Assembly: GCA_013003255.1 (NCBI GenBank) | Contig: JABDJZ010000468.1 | Span: 1 to 44,816 of the forward strand | Direction of reading: 5' to 3' | Length of the DNA stretch: 44,816 bases | From: Rhodothermales bacterium | GTDB taxonomy: Bacteria; Bacteroidota; Rhodothermia; Rhodothermales; UBA10348 | Shown: piece by piece, positions 1 to 7,438 of the stretch | Layout: every line of letters begins with the position of its first letter | How positions within the stretch are numbered: the first letter of the stretch is position 1 | Translations under genes and position numbers: made by a program | The notes under the pieces: generated by a model | Databases searched by the model: none | What the model saw: only the letters and a program-made list of their open reading frames with translations | What the model was told of the DNA's origin: nothing

Positions 1-418
1 AGACACCGAAGACGGTCTGGTCACTGGAACTCCCAATTGTGGGAATTTGAAGCGATGCCTCGAAGGTGACCTGCGATGCCACGGAATCAACCTCCATGCG
101 AGCCATCGGCACGACACTCAGCTGGTACGTAAGCGAATCGCGACCGACGAATCCTGGATCAGACTGGTACACCAGATGTCCCCCACTTTGGACCAGCGTC
201 CCGCGTCGAGGCTGGCTGACCACGACCACCTGGACCGAGTCCACACCGGCGAGGTCATCATTGGAGCGAACGTCAAACTCCACCGGTCGCTGAGCCACGA
301 CCTGCACCGTATCTCTCTCCGCTATTTGCCCGTTGGCAGGTCCCGGCACCGAAAGAGCAACCAGAACTGCCGTTCTTGCAATAACGGCTATTATACCTGT
401 CTTGAGGTGCCCCTTCAT
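1..418 (-). CDS. Secreted protein with cadherin-like / bacterial Ig-like repeat (partial; C-terminal part lies beyond the left edge)
   Basis: Not in the supplied ORF track because its stop is outside the window. The minus-strand ATG at 418-416 opens a frame with no stop down to position 2; I checked every plus-strand triplet in that phase for tta/cta/tca. The product starts MKGHLKTGIIAVIARTAVLVALSVPGPANGQ (signal-peptide-like). It continues VEFDVRSNDDLAGVDSVQVVVVSQPRRGTLVQSGGHLVYQSDPGFVGRDSLTYQL, a pattern typical of cadherin-like/Ig-like adhesin repeats. Confidence 0.5.
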   Translation of the reverse strand, partial: MKGHLKTGIIAVIARTAVLVALSVPGPANGQIAERDTVQVVAQRPVEFDVRSNDDLAGVDSVQVVVVSQPRRGTLVQSGGHLVYQSDPGFVGRDSLTYQLSVVPMARMEVDSVASQVTFEASLQIPTIGSSSDQTVFGV

Positions 419-546
419 CGGAGTACGAATCGGCGACCCCGGGTGAACGTTCCCCGGCCTTACCTCGAACGGTGCTCGACGTCCCCACAAACGCGCCCCG
501 GCGTAAATCGGCCCGCGACCCGATCGCCCGGCTCTATCTTCGATAC

Positions 547-1608
547 ATGGAGCACCCCACCGTCATTGCAGGAGCGGGAATCGCCGGTTTGTGCGCGGGC
601 CTCTCCCTGGCAGACCGCTGTCCCCTGCTGTTGGCTGATTGGAAAACACCTGAAGCAGCCAGCGCTGCGGTCATTGCCGGACTCGCCAACCCGGTCATCC
701 CCCGCCGCGGCAACCTGGTGTGGCGGAGTGAAGCGGCCCTGGACGCGCTTGATGAGGTGGCCAGGCAGCTAGGGGTCGCCCCGCTTCAGCCCGGCGTTCT
801 CCGGATCGCCACCTCCTGGGATCAAATGGACGCCTACCGGGCCCGGGCTGCCTCCCACGGCCACCTGTTCACCTGGCACCCGCCGGCCGCGTCAAAGGCG
901 CAGTGGCCGTGGCTTCTGGCTCCTCACGGAACGCTGGAGCTCCACCGTGGAGGTTCCTTTGACCTCCCTACCCTCCTGCAGGCCGGGCTCCGAAATCTGG
1001 AATCACGCGGCGCCTCGGTTCGCCGCGACTGGCGCCTGACCGGCTGGACAGAATCAGCCGACTCGGTGATTGCGGAGTTCGTGGGCCCGGACGGTCCACG
1101 GACCTTTCCGTGCAGCAGGCTGATCCTCTCGCTAGGTGGGGGCTTTCAGCATTTCGAGGACCTCACCCAACTCAAACTGAGCTGCGTCAAAGGCCAGCTC
1201 ATCTCCGTGATCGCACCGGATCGGCCCCCGGACCTGCGGCCCGTATCCGTCGGTGGGTACGTGGTGCCCCTCGACAACCGGGTAGTCATCGGTAGCTCCT
1301 ACCAGCATTCGTTTGATGATCCCCTCCCGGAGAATGCGCTTACCGAGGAACTGCTCGAAAAGGTCTCCAGACACCTGCCCTGGCTCAGGGGGGCGCAAGT
1401 CGACGCCGCGCACGCCGGCGTCCGCGTCACCGTGCCCGGAACACGCCTGCCGATGGTCGGACCTCTGCCCGGGCATACGCGAACCTGGGTGCTGACCGGG
1501 ATGGCATCCCGAGGACTCCTGATGGGACCGCTCATCGGAAGCCTCCTGCCCGGCTGGCTGGAAGACCCCGGCACCATTTCGTCAGAAGTCGCCGTGCGCA
1601 TCCGCTGA
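547..1608 (+). CDS. FAD-dependent oxidoreductase (DAO / glycine-oxidase-like family)
   Basis: ORF 472..1608. The Rossmann dinucleotide-binding motif VIAGAGIAGLCAGLSLA follows the Met at 547 (MEHPTVIAGAGIAG...), so 547 is preferred to the track start at 472. The size (~350 aa) fits the DAO family. Substrate is not assignable. Confidence 0.75.
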   Translation: MEHPTVIAGAGIAGLCAGLSLADRCPLLLADWKTPEAASAAVIAGLANPVIPRRGNLVWRSEAALDALDEVARQLGVAPLQPGVLRIATSWDQMDAYRARAASHGHLFTWHPPAASKAQWPWLLAPHGTLELHRGGSFDLPTLLQAGLRNLESRGASVRRDWRLTGWTESADSVIAEFVGPDGPRTFPCSRLILSLGGGFQHFEDLTQLKLSCVKGQLISVIAPDRPPDLRPVSVGGYVVPLDNRVVIGSSYQHSFDDPLPENALTEELLEKVSRHLPWLRGAQVDAAHAGVRVTVPGTRLPMVGPLPGHTRTWVLTGMASRGLLMGPLIGSLLPGWLEDPGTISSEVAVRIR

Positions 1609-1755
1609 TTCAGCCCGCGAGAACGCGGTGAAGAAAGCGGTTCCGGGCTCCTCCTGTCGCATTGCAGTCTTTATCCGGCCGTTCTCCGCCGTATTTTTCA
1701 GATGGGCCTGTCCGGTCCTCCGCATTTTTATCGACCAACACTATCGAGGCGCGCC

Positions 1756-2835
1756 ATGGCCGTTGCAGCCACGTCCCGAATCGCTGATATCCTGGGTGAC
1801 CAGGCCAGCTACCTGCTGGACCACAAGTCCACCACCATTGCCAAGGAAGACTTGCACCTCCCCGGTGGAGACTTCGTCGATCGCATCTTCAAGGAATCCG
1901 ACCGCAACATCCAGACGCTCCGCTCCCTGCAGACGCTGTATGGAACCGGCCGCCTGGCCGACACGGGCTACCTCTCGATTCTTCCGGTCGATCAGGGCAT
2001 CGAGCACTCCGCCGGCGCCTCCTTCGCCAAGAACCCGATCTACTTCGATCCGGAGAACATCATTAAGCTGGCCATCGAAGGCGGCTGCAACGCGGTCGCA
2101 TCCACCTACGGGGTGCTGGGATCTGTAGCGCGGAAGTACGCGCACAAGATTCCGTTCATCATGAAGTTCAACCACAATGAGCTTCTGACGTACCCCAACC
2201 AGTTCGACCAGGTCATGTACGCCCGCATGGAAGAAGCGTGGAACATGGGCTGCGTCGCCGTGGGCGCCACCATCTACTTCGGGTCGGACAATGCCACCCG
2301 CCAGCTGCAGGAGGTCACCGAGGCCTTCGCCATTGCCCACGAAATGGGCATGGCCACCATCCTCTGGTGCTACGTTCGCAACTCGGGCTTCAAGGTCGAC
2401 GGCGTGAACCACGAGTCCTCTGCTGACCTGACCGGCCAGGCGGATCACCTCGGAGCCACCATCGAGGCGGACATCGTCAAGCAGAAGCAGCCGACCCAGA
2501 ACTATGGGTACCGGGCGCTCAACAGCGGCGATTCGAGCTACGGCAAGCTGGATGACCGGATCTACTCCGAGCTCTCGACGGATCACCCCATCGACCTCAC
2601 GCGATACCAGGTGGCGAACGCCTACATGGGTCGCGTCGGGACGATCAACTCGGGTGGAGCTTCCGGCAGCAACGACCTGCAGCAGGCGGTCGCCACGGCG
2701 GTCATCAACAAGCGCGCCGGTGGCATGGGCCTGATCTCCGGCCGCAAGGCGTTCCAGCGTCCGATGAACGAAGGTGTCGGCATCCTGAACGCCATCCAGG
2801 ACGTGTACCTGGACGAGGGAGTGACCATCGCCTGA
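1756..2835 (+). CDS. fbaB: Class I fructose-bisphosphate aldolase (FbaB/DhnA type)
   Basis: ORF 1702..2835. Near full-length colinear similarity to E. coli FbaB, recognised by eye: [102 protein letters not shown], and [12 protein letters not shown] at the C-terminus. The ATG at 1756 ([14 protein letters not shown]) gives an FbaB-like N-terminus. Confidence 0.93.
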   Translation: MAVAATSRIADILGDQASYLLDHKSTTIAKEDLHLPGGDFVDRIFKESDRNIQTLRSLQTLYGTGRLADTGYLSILPVDQGIEHSAGASFAKNPIYFDPENIIKLAIEGGCNAVASTYGVLGSVARKYAHKIPFIMKFNHNELLTYPNQFDQVMYARMEEAWNMGCVAVGATIYFGSDNATRQLQEVTEAFAIAHEMGMATILWCYVRNSGFKVDGVNHESSADLTGQADHLGATIEADIVKQKQPTQNYGYRALNSGDSSYGKLDDRIYSELSTDHPIDLTRYQVANAYMGRVGTINSGGASGSNDLQQAVATAVINKRAGGMGLISGRKAFQRPMNEGVGILNAIQDVYLDEGVTIA

Positions 2836-2847
2836 CCCGGGGTAGGC

Positions 2848-4650
2848 TTGCACTCCCCAGCGTCCGGTTTCCACCGAGCCCGTGAGCTCGGTTGGCGTGC
2901 CTTTCTACGGAAAGGGGTGGGGTTTATGGCCCTGCTTGTTTTCCCGGAAGGGTCGGCGCTCGGACAACCCGTCTTCGACGACCGGACCCGGGAAGCCGGG
3001 CTGAAGGTTCAGGCGCCCTTCGGCATCGCGGCTCTGGACTATGACAAGGACGGCTGGCCGGACCTCATGGTCGCGGCAGATTCAGCCGAATCAAAGCTGT
3101 TCAGAAATCTGGGCAACGGTCACTACGCGGACGAGACGGCCCGGACAGGTTTGTCCCTGGCCGGGTCGTTTCACAGTCCGCTGTTCGCGGATCTCAACCG
3201 GGATGGCTGGGCGGACCTCCTGATGGTGGGCACTGAGGACAGCCGGCTGTTTCTGTCAGACGGGGCCGGAGCTTTCGTCGATCATTCCCGGAGCAGTGGC
3301 CTGCTGGGAGCCGGCGCCAAGACCGCGACGCTTGGCGACTTTGACAACGATGGCCTCCTCGACCTCTTTCTGGCAATCAGCCACCAGCCGGACCGGCTGT
3401 TCCGGAATCTCGGCAACGGCGTATTTGAAGACATTTCCGCCGAAGCTCAGATTGAAGGCCCTACCGGGGCCCTCGCCATGCAGGCGCTCTGGTGGGACTT
3501 CAACCATGATGGATGGCTGGACCTCGTGGCCGTTCACGACGTCGACGAACCTAGCAGGCTCTATCGAAACGATGGTACGCTGCCGTTCACGGATGTGGCC
3601 CTGGAGACTGGATTCAGCGCCGTCGGCAGTGGCAACAGCATGGGCGTCGGCCTTGGTGACATAGATGGCGACGGCTGGGAAGACGTCTACGTCACGAGGA
3701 TCCAGGAGGGCGGGCTCTACCGGAATGAAGAGGGGGTCTCCCTCACGTTGATGGAAGACGCACTGGGTGCATGGCGAAATGGCTGGTCCTGGGGCGTCGT
3801 GGCAGGCGATTTTGACAATGACGCAGATCAGGACCTTTTCATCGTCAGCACCTCAGGAATGGGGGGCGCACCCATCCTCCTGTACGAAAATCGTGGGACC
3901 TGGCTGTACGAGCGGTCGTCCACCAACTGGTTGCAGGGCAGTGTGCCCGATTCCTCTGTCGCGGGGGCGTTCAGCTTTGGTCTGGCGCAGGCCGATCTGG
4001 ACCTGGATGGGCGAATAGACCTCGCCTACCCGGCGCAGGATGGCCGGGTGGTCCTTCTGCACGGAGCCGGCCCGGTAGGCAACTGGATCCAGATCCAGCT
4101 TGAGGGCACGTCCGCCAATTATCACGGCATGGGAGCCCGGATTGAGGCCCGAACCCGTTCGCGTGTGTTTACGCGGAGCCTCATGGCGGGAGACAGCTAC
4201 CGGTCCCAGTCCGAGCCTGTGGTCCATCTGGGACTGGGGGCTGATGACATGGTCGAAGAACTGGTGGTCCACTGGGGCGGCTCGCAACGAGACACGCTCC
4301 GGTCAATACCCGCCGGCTCCCGGTACATCGTCCGACAAGGAGCCGGAGCGACAACCAGCTTGGGGCAATGGCCGGCACAAGAGGGACCGGAGGCACCGGC
4401 GTCCATCGATGCCTTCCCCTTGCCGGCCCATTCACGCGTCATGCTGAGAATACACGGCGAGCTTCGGCAGCCACACGTCAGCCTGACCGATCTTCTCGGC
4501 CGCGAATTGCCTGCGCGGTTGGTCCCGCTGTCCGAATCAGACCCGTGGGAGGCCAGTCTGGATGTAGACGGGCTGAGCAGCGGTGTCTATTGGGTTCGAG
4601 TGACTGACGGGGAGCACGTGTTTTCCCGCGCCATATCCGTGATGCGCTAG
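2848..4650 (+). CDS. FG-GAP/VCBS-repeat protein with ASPIC/UnbV domain (CRTAC1 family) and T9SS-type C-terminal sorting domain
   Basis: Seven FG-GAP-type Ca-binding repeats are present: DYDKDGWPDLMV, DLNRDGWADLLMV, DFDNDGLLDLFL, DFNHDGWLDLVAV, DIDGDGWEDVYV, DFDNDADQDLFIV, DLDLDGRIDLAY. An UnbV/ASPIC-like block follows (GNWIQIQLEGTSANYHGMGARIE...GDSYRSQSEPVVHLGLG...VVHWGG). The last ~80 aa (FPLPAHSRVMLRI...SGVYWVRVTDGEHVFSRAISVMR) look like a Por/T9SS C-terminal domain. Start is uncertain: the TTG at 2848 gives a signal-like RAFLRKGVGFMALLVFPEGSALG, and an ATG alternative lies at 2926. Confidence 0.85.
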   Translation: MHSPASGFHRARELGWRAFLRKGVGFMALLVFPEGSALGQPVFDDRTREAGLKVQAPFGIAALDYDKDGWPDLMVAADSAESKLFRNLGNGHYADETARTGLSLAGSFHSPLFADLNRDGWADLLMVGTEDSRLFLSDGAGAFVDHSRSSGLLGAGAKTATLGDFDNDGLLDLFLAISHQPDRLFRNLGNGVFEDISAEAQIEGPTGALAMQALWWDFNHDGWLDLVAVHDVDEPSRLYRNDGTLPFTDVALETGFSAVGSGNSMGVGLGDIDGDGWEDVYVTRIQEGGLYRNEEGVSLTLMEDALGAWRNGWSWGVVAGDFDNDADQDLFIVSTSGMGGAPILLYENRGTWLYERSSTNWLQGSVPDSSVAGAFSFGLAQADLDLDGRIDLAYPAQDGRVVLLHGAGPVGNWIQIQLEGTSANYHGMGARIEARTRSRVFTRSLMAGDSYRSQSEPVVHLGLGADDMVEELVVHWGGSQRDTLRSIPAGSRYIVRQGAGATTSLGQWPAQEGPEAPASIDAFPLPAHSRVMLRIHGELRQPHVSLTDLLGRELPARLVPLSESDPWEASLDVDGLSSGVYWVRVTDGEHVFSRAISVMR

Positions 4651-4735
4651 CCTGGGCCTGCAAAGCGAAACCCAGTCGTCTTTGCGCGTATACTCCTCGC
4701 CACGATCCGGCCCCTGAACCACGCACTGAATCCAG

Positions 4736-6724
4736 ATGTCCGAAGACGCCCCCCGGAAGGAGACTGACGAAGCCACAGCCACCGAGGCTGTACCCACCCC
4801 CGACCCAAAAGCAGGGACCTCAGGGAAGGAGGCTGCCACCGCATCGCCAGATAAGGCAGACACCGATGCCACGCCGACAGAACCGGCCGGCCCCGACGCC
4901 ACAGGTGGGCCCAAATCGGGCTCGGATGGCCTCGACGCCGCTGACGGGCAGACCGTGCAGATGTCCGTCCCGTCTCCTGCCGCCCCCAGCCTGCTGGATC
5001 AGTACACCGCGCACTATCCCGACTGGGCGCGCGACTTTGCCCGCAAGTACCTCACGAAGACCATCAACCAGTTCATCCTGTACGGGAACGTCCGGGACCT
5101 GGTGCCGACGGGTGATGAGGAAAAGCCCTACTGCTCGCTGCGCGAGTTCATGGTCGAAGACCTCTTCGCCTCGCGGGACATCGTCATCTTCTACGACCGC
5201 TCAAGCGGGATCCACTTCGCCGACAAGGCCTCCCAGACGGACTTCAACCGGGCGCTGAGCGGGTACGACACCATTTTCGGGACCGAGTACGCCAAAAAAC
5301 TGCCGAAGGACCCGGTTCGCGTCCTGGCCGTGCTGCAGAACTACTTCCGGATCCGCTTGGCGGAAGGAAAACGAGTCGCGTGCATCCTGGACTACGCCGA
5401 GACGCTGGTCCCGATGGCCGAGGCCTCCCAGTACTCGGGTGAGGACCGGAACGCACTGGTGTTCCTCCAGAAGTGGTCCCACGACCCGCTCTTCCTCGAG
5501 AGTGACTTCACGCTGATCCTGGTAGCCGAGAATCTCTCGGAGCTCAATCAGCAGATCGTACAGAGTCCGTATACGTCCGAGATCAAGCTGCCGATGCCGG
5601 ACGAAGCGGCCCGGAAGAAGTACGTGGACTGGTTCCTTGATGGGCAGGAGGATGCATTCCGGAAGTACTCGGAGGTGCCCCCTTCCGGCCTTGCCGGGAA
5701 TACGGCCGGCCTGGGCTACATCCAGATGCGGACCATCCTGGCCGACGTCATGGAGAACCGCACGGACCTCTCCTACGAGGTCCTTTCGGCCCTCAAGAAA
5801 GAGTTCATCGAGGCCGAGGCCCACGGCATGCTCGAGTTCGTCGAGACGGACTGGAATCTGGACATGGTGGCGGGCCACAAGCAGGCCAAGGGCCACCTGC
5901 GACAGGCGGCGCGCGCGCTCAAGGCGGGCAAGTCGGACGTCCTTCCCATGGGCTACCTGGTATCGGGCCCGGTCGGTACCGGAAAGACCTTCAGCATCAC
6001 CTGCTTCGCGGGTGAGATCGGAATCCCGATGGTCAAGCTGAAGAACTTCCGTTCCCAGTGGCAGGGACAGACCGAGGGCAACCTGGAGCGAATCCTCGGC
6101 CTTCTGGAGGCGATGACGCCTGTGGCCGTGATGATTGACGAGGCCGACGCGGCGCTTGGCAATCGGGATGCTCAAGGTGACTCGGGCGTCTCAAAGCGCG
6201 TCTTCGGTCAGATCGCGGCCTTCATGAGCAACTCGAAGAATCGGGGCCGGATCATCTGGTTTCTGGTTACCGCACGGCCGGACTTCATGCCGGTCGACCT
6301 CAAGCGACAGGGTCGCGCTGAGGAGCACATCGCGCTGTTCTACCCATCTGATCGCGAGGAACGCGAAGAGCTCCTCAAAGTGATGCTGCGACGTACCGGA
6401 CTGGCCCATCTCCCAATGGATCAGATGCCGGAAGCACTGCTGAATGGCGATCGGGTGTTCAGTGGTGCCGACATGGAGGCGCTGCTCACGCGGGCCAAGT
6501 TCCGGGCGGCTTCGGCCGAGCCGGCCACCGAAGTGAACACGGAGATCATCCAGGAAGTCGTCGACGATTTCATGCCGCCCACCTACCCGCTGGAGGTAGA
6601 GCTACAGACCCTGAGCGCCGTCCTGGAGTGCACCTCCCGCGCCCTGCTTCCTGAGAAATACCGGTCCATGGATCGCGAGTCCATCGTCCGGAGGGTCGAC
6701 GAGCTCAAGCACCTGGTTAGGTAG
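4736..6724 (+). CDS. AAA+ family ATPase with disordered acidic/Thr/Pro-rich N-terminus and a probable degenerate N-terminal AAA-like module
   Basis: The C-terminal half carries a canonical Walker A (GYLVSGPVGTGKTF), Walker B (VAVMIDEADAAL), sensor-1-like WFLVTARPD and an Arg-finger region (LKRQGRAEEHI). The first ~85 aa are low complexity (EATATEAVPTPDPKAGTSGKEAATASPDKADTDATPTEPAGPDATGG). The middle part has a Walker-A-position segment without GK[ST] (NQFILYGNVRDLV). Confidence 0.85.
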   Translation: MSEDAPRKETDEATATEAVPTPDPKAGTSGKEAATASPDKADTDATPTEPAGPDATGGPKSGSDGLDAADGQTVQMSVPSPAAPSLLDQYTAHYPDWARDFARKYLTKTINQFILYGNVRDLVPTGDEEKPYCSLREFMVEDLFASRDIVIFYDRSSGIHFADKASQTDFNRALSGYDTIFGTEYAKKLPKDPVRVLAVLQNYFRIRLAEGKRVACILDYAETLVPMAEASQYSGEDRNALVFLQKWSHDPLFLESDFTLILVAENLSELNQQIVQSPYTSEIKLPMPDEAARKKYVDWFLDGQEDAFRKYSEVPPSGLAGNTAGLGYIQMRTILADVMENRTDLSYEVLSALKKEFIEAEAHGMLEFVETDWNLDMVAGHKQAKGHLRQAARALKAGKSDVLPMGYLVSGPVGTGKTFSITCFAGEIGIPMVKLKNFRSQWQGQTEGNLERILGLLEAMTPVAVMIDEADAALGNRDAQGDSGVSKRVFGQIAAFMSNSKNRGRIIWFLVTARPDFMPVDLKRQGRAEEHIALFYPSDREEREELLKVMLRRTGLAHLPMDQMPEALLNGDRVFSGADMEALLTRAKFRAASAEPATEVNTEIIQEVVDDFMPPTYPLEVELQTLSAVLECTSRALLPEKYRSMDRESIVRRVDELKHLVR

Positions 6725-6737
6725 GACACGCCGCCCT

Positions 6738-6941
6738 TTACGTCTTCCTCCGCGCCCCTTTCTCCTTGGCGTTGAGCAGCCGTTCGTACTTGTCGTAGCT
6801 GATCAGCACGGCGTAGGGCTCGTTGTTCTTCTGGATCAGGAGTCCGCGGTCCATCTTCCGCGCGTGCTCGACCAGTTCCGAGGTGTTGGAGCGGAGCTCG
6901 GTGATCGTGGCTACGGCTTCGATTCCGCGGGTGCTGTACAT
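6738..6941 (-). CDS. Type II antitoxin, Phd/YefM family
   Basis: 67-aa product MYSTRGIEAVATITELRSNTSELVEHARKMDRGLLIQKNNEPYAVLISYDKYERLL. This is the classic Phd/YefM N-terminal fold pattern (I-x-x-E-x-R-x-x-x-S-E-L, then a beta-strand ...PVAVLISYEEYE-like). Its stop lies 13 nt from the convergent AAA+ stop. Confidence 0.85.
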   Translation of the reverse strand: MYSTRGIEAVATITELRSNTSELVEHARKMDRGLLIQKNNEPYAVLISYDKYERLLNAKEKGARRKT

Positions 6942-6983
6942 GTAAATCCAGGTGCTGAGCGTGTGACCGAACGGGAGAAAATG

Positions 6984-7013
6984 AGTATAGCATTGTGCTG
7001 CAAATCAGTGCAA
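6984..7013 (-). promoter_or_regulatory. Candidate sigma70-type promoter for the Phd/YefM gene (TTGCAC-N18-TATACT)
   Basis: On the minus strand, the -35 TTGCAC is the complement of 7008-7013. An 18-nt spacer follows, then the -10 TATACT (complement of 6984-6989), ~40 nt upstream of the ATG at 6941. It lies in the lower-GC 109-bp divergent gap shared with the EutN-like gene. Pattern match only; promoter rules for this lineage are unknown. Confidence 0.3.
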
Positions 7014-7050
7014 TTATTCGCGTATCATTGCCTTCATTCCCGGAGCTTCC

Positions 7051-7329
7051 ATGCGCCTTTGCCGCGTCACCGGCACCACGACAGCCACACGAAAGGATGA
7101 GTCCTTTCGGAGCAGCAAGATGCTTGTAATCCAGGGTATCGACCTGGACGGGGCGCTGCTTGACGAGCGTGACATGCTTGCTCTGGACCCCGGGTTCGGC
7201 GCGGGGGTCGGCGACGTGGTCCTCGTAGCACGCGAAGGCTCGGCGGCACGGCAGTTGACCGGGCAGGACCCCATACCCGCCAACGTGGTGGTGCTGGGTG
7301 TCGTCGATGACTGGGACGTCGAGGACTGA
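7051..7329 (+). CDS. EutN/CcmL-family bacterial microcompartment vertex (BMC-P) protein
   Basis: 92-aa product MRLCRVTGTTTATRKDESFRSSKMLVIQGIDLDG...LALDPGFGAGVGDVVLVAREGSAARQLTGQDPIPANVVVLGVVDDW. It is colinear by eye with EutN/CcmL: MK-A-V-G-V--T-K------K-L-V, the GAG-G-WVLV-SGS-AR motif, and the P-D--VVGIVD end. An SD-like GGAG sits 5 nt upstream of the ATG. Confidence 0.85.
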   Translation: MRLCRVTGTTTATRKDESFRSSKMLVIQGIDLDGALLDERDMLALDPGFGAGVGDVVLVAREGSAARQLTGQDPIPANVVVLGVVDDWDVED

Positions 7330-7438
7330 GAGTCGTTGACCCATCAGGAATCCACCTTGTGACCCGCCCGGTCCCTGCCTAGATTTTGAGGCTGTTCCCA
7401 CTTCGGGCACCCGCGCTTCTTCCACCATACCCACGGCT

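Noticed and set aside
47-772. 241-aa plus ORF at the left edge
   Set aside because: It overlaps both the minus-strand signal-peptide/Ig-like gene (1..418) and the FAD oxidoreductase in another frame, and it has no motifs.
1741-2874. 377-aa minus-strand ORF that exactly mirrors fbaB
   Set aside because: It is an antisense shadow of a gene with unmistakable FbaB similarity. The product is Arg/Gly/Val-rich with no recognisable motif, which is typical of high-GC open antisense frames.
5201-6175. 324-aa minus-strand ORF inside the AAA+ gene, and the 290-aa minus ORF 6583..7455 spanning the Phd/EutN region
   Set aside because: Both overlap well-supported genes in other frames or on the other strand. 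Their composition is junk-like (runs of R, G, H, P). The 6583..7455 ORF would have to run through a promoter-like low-GC gap.
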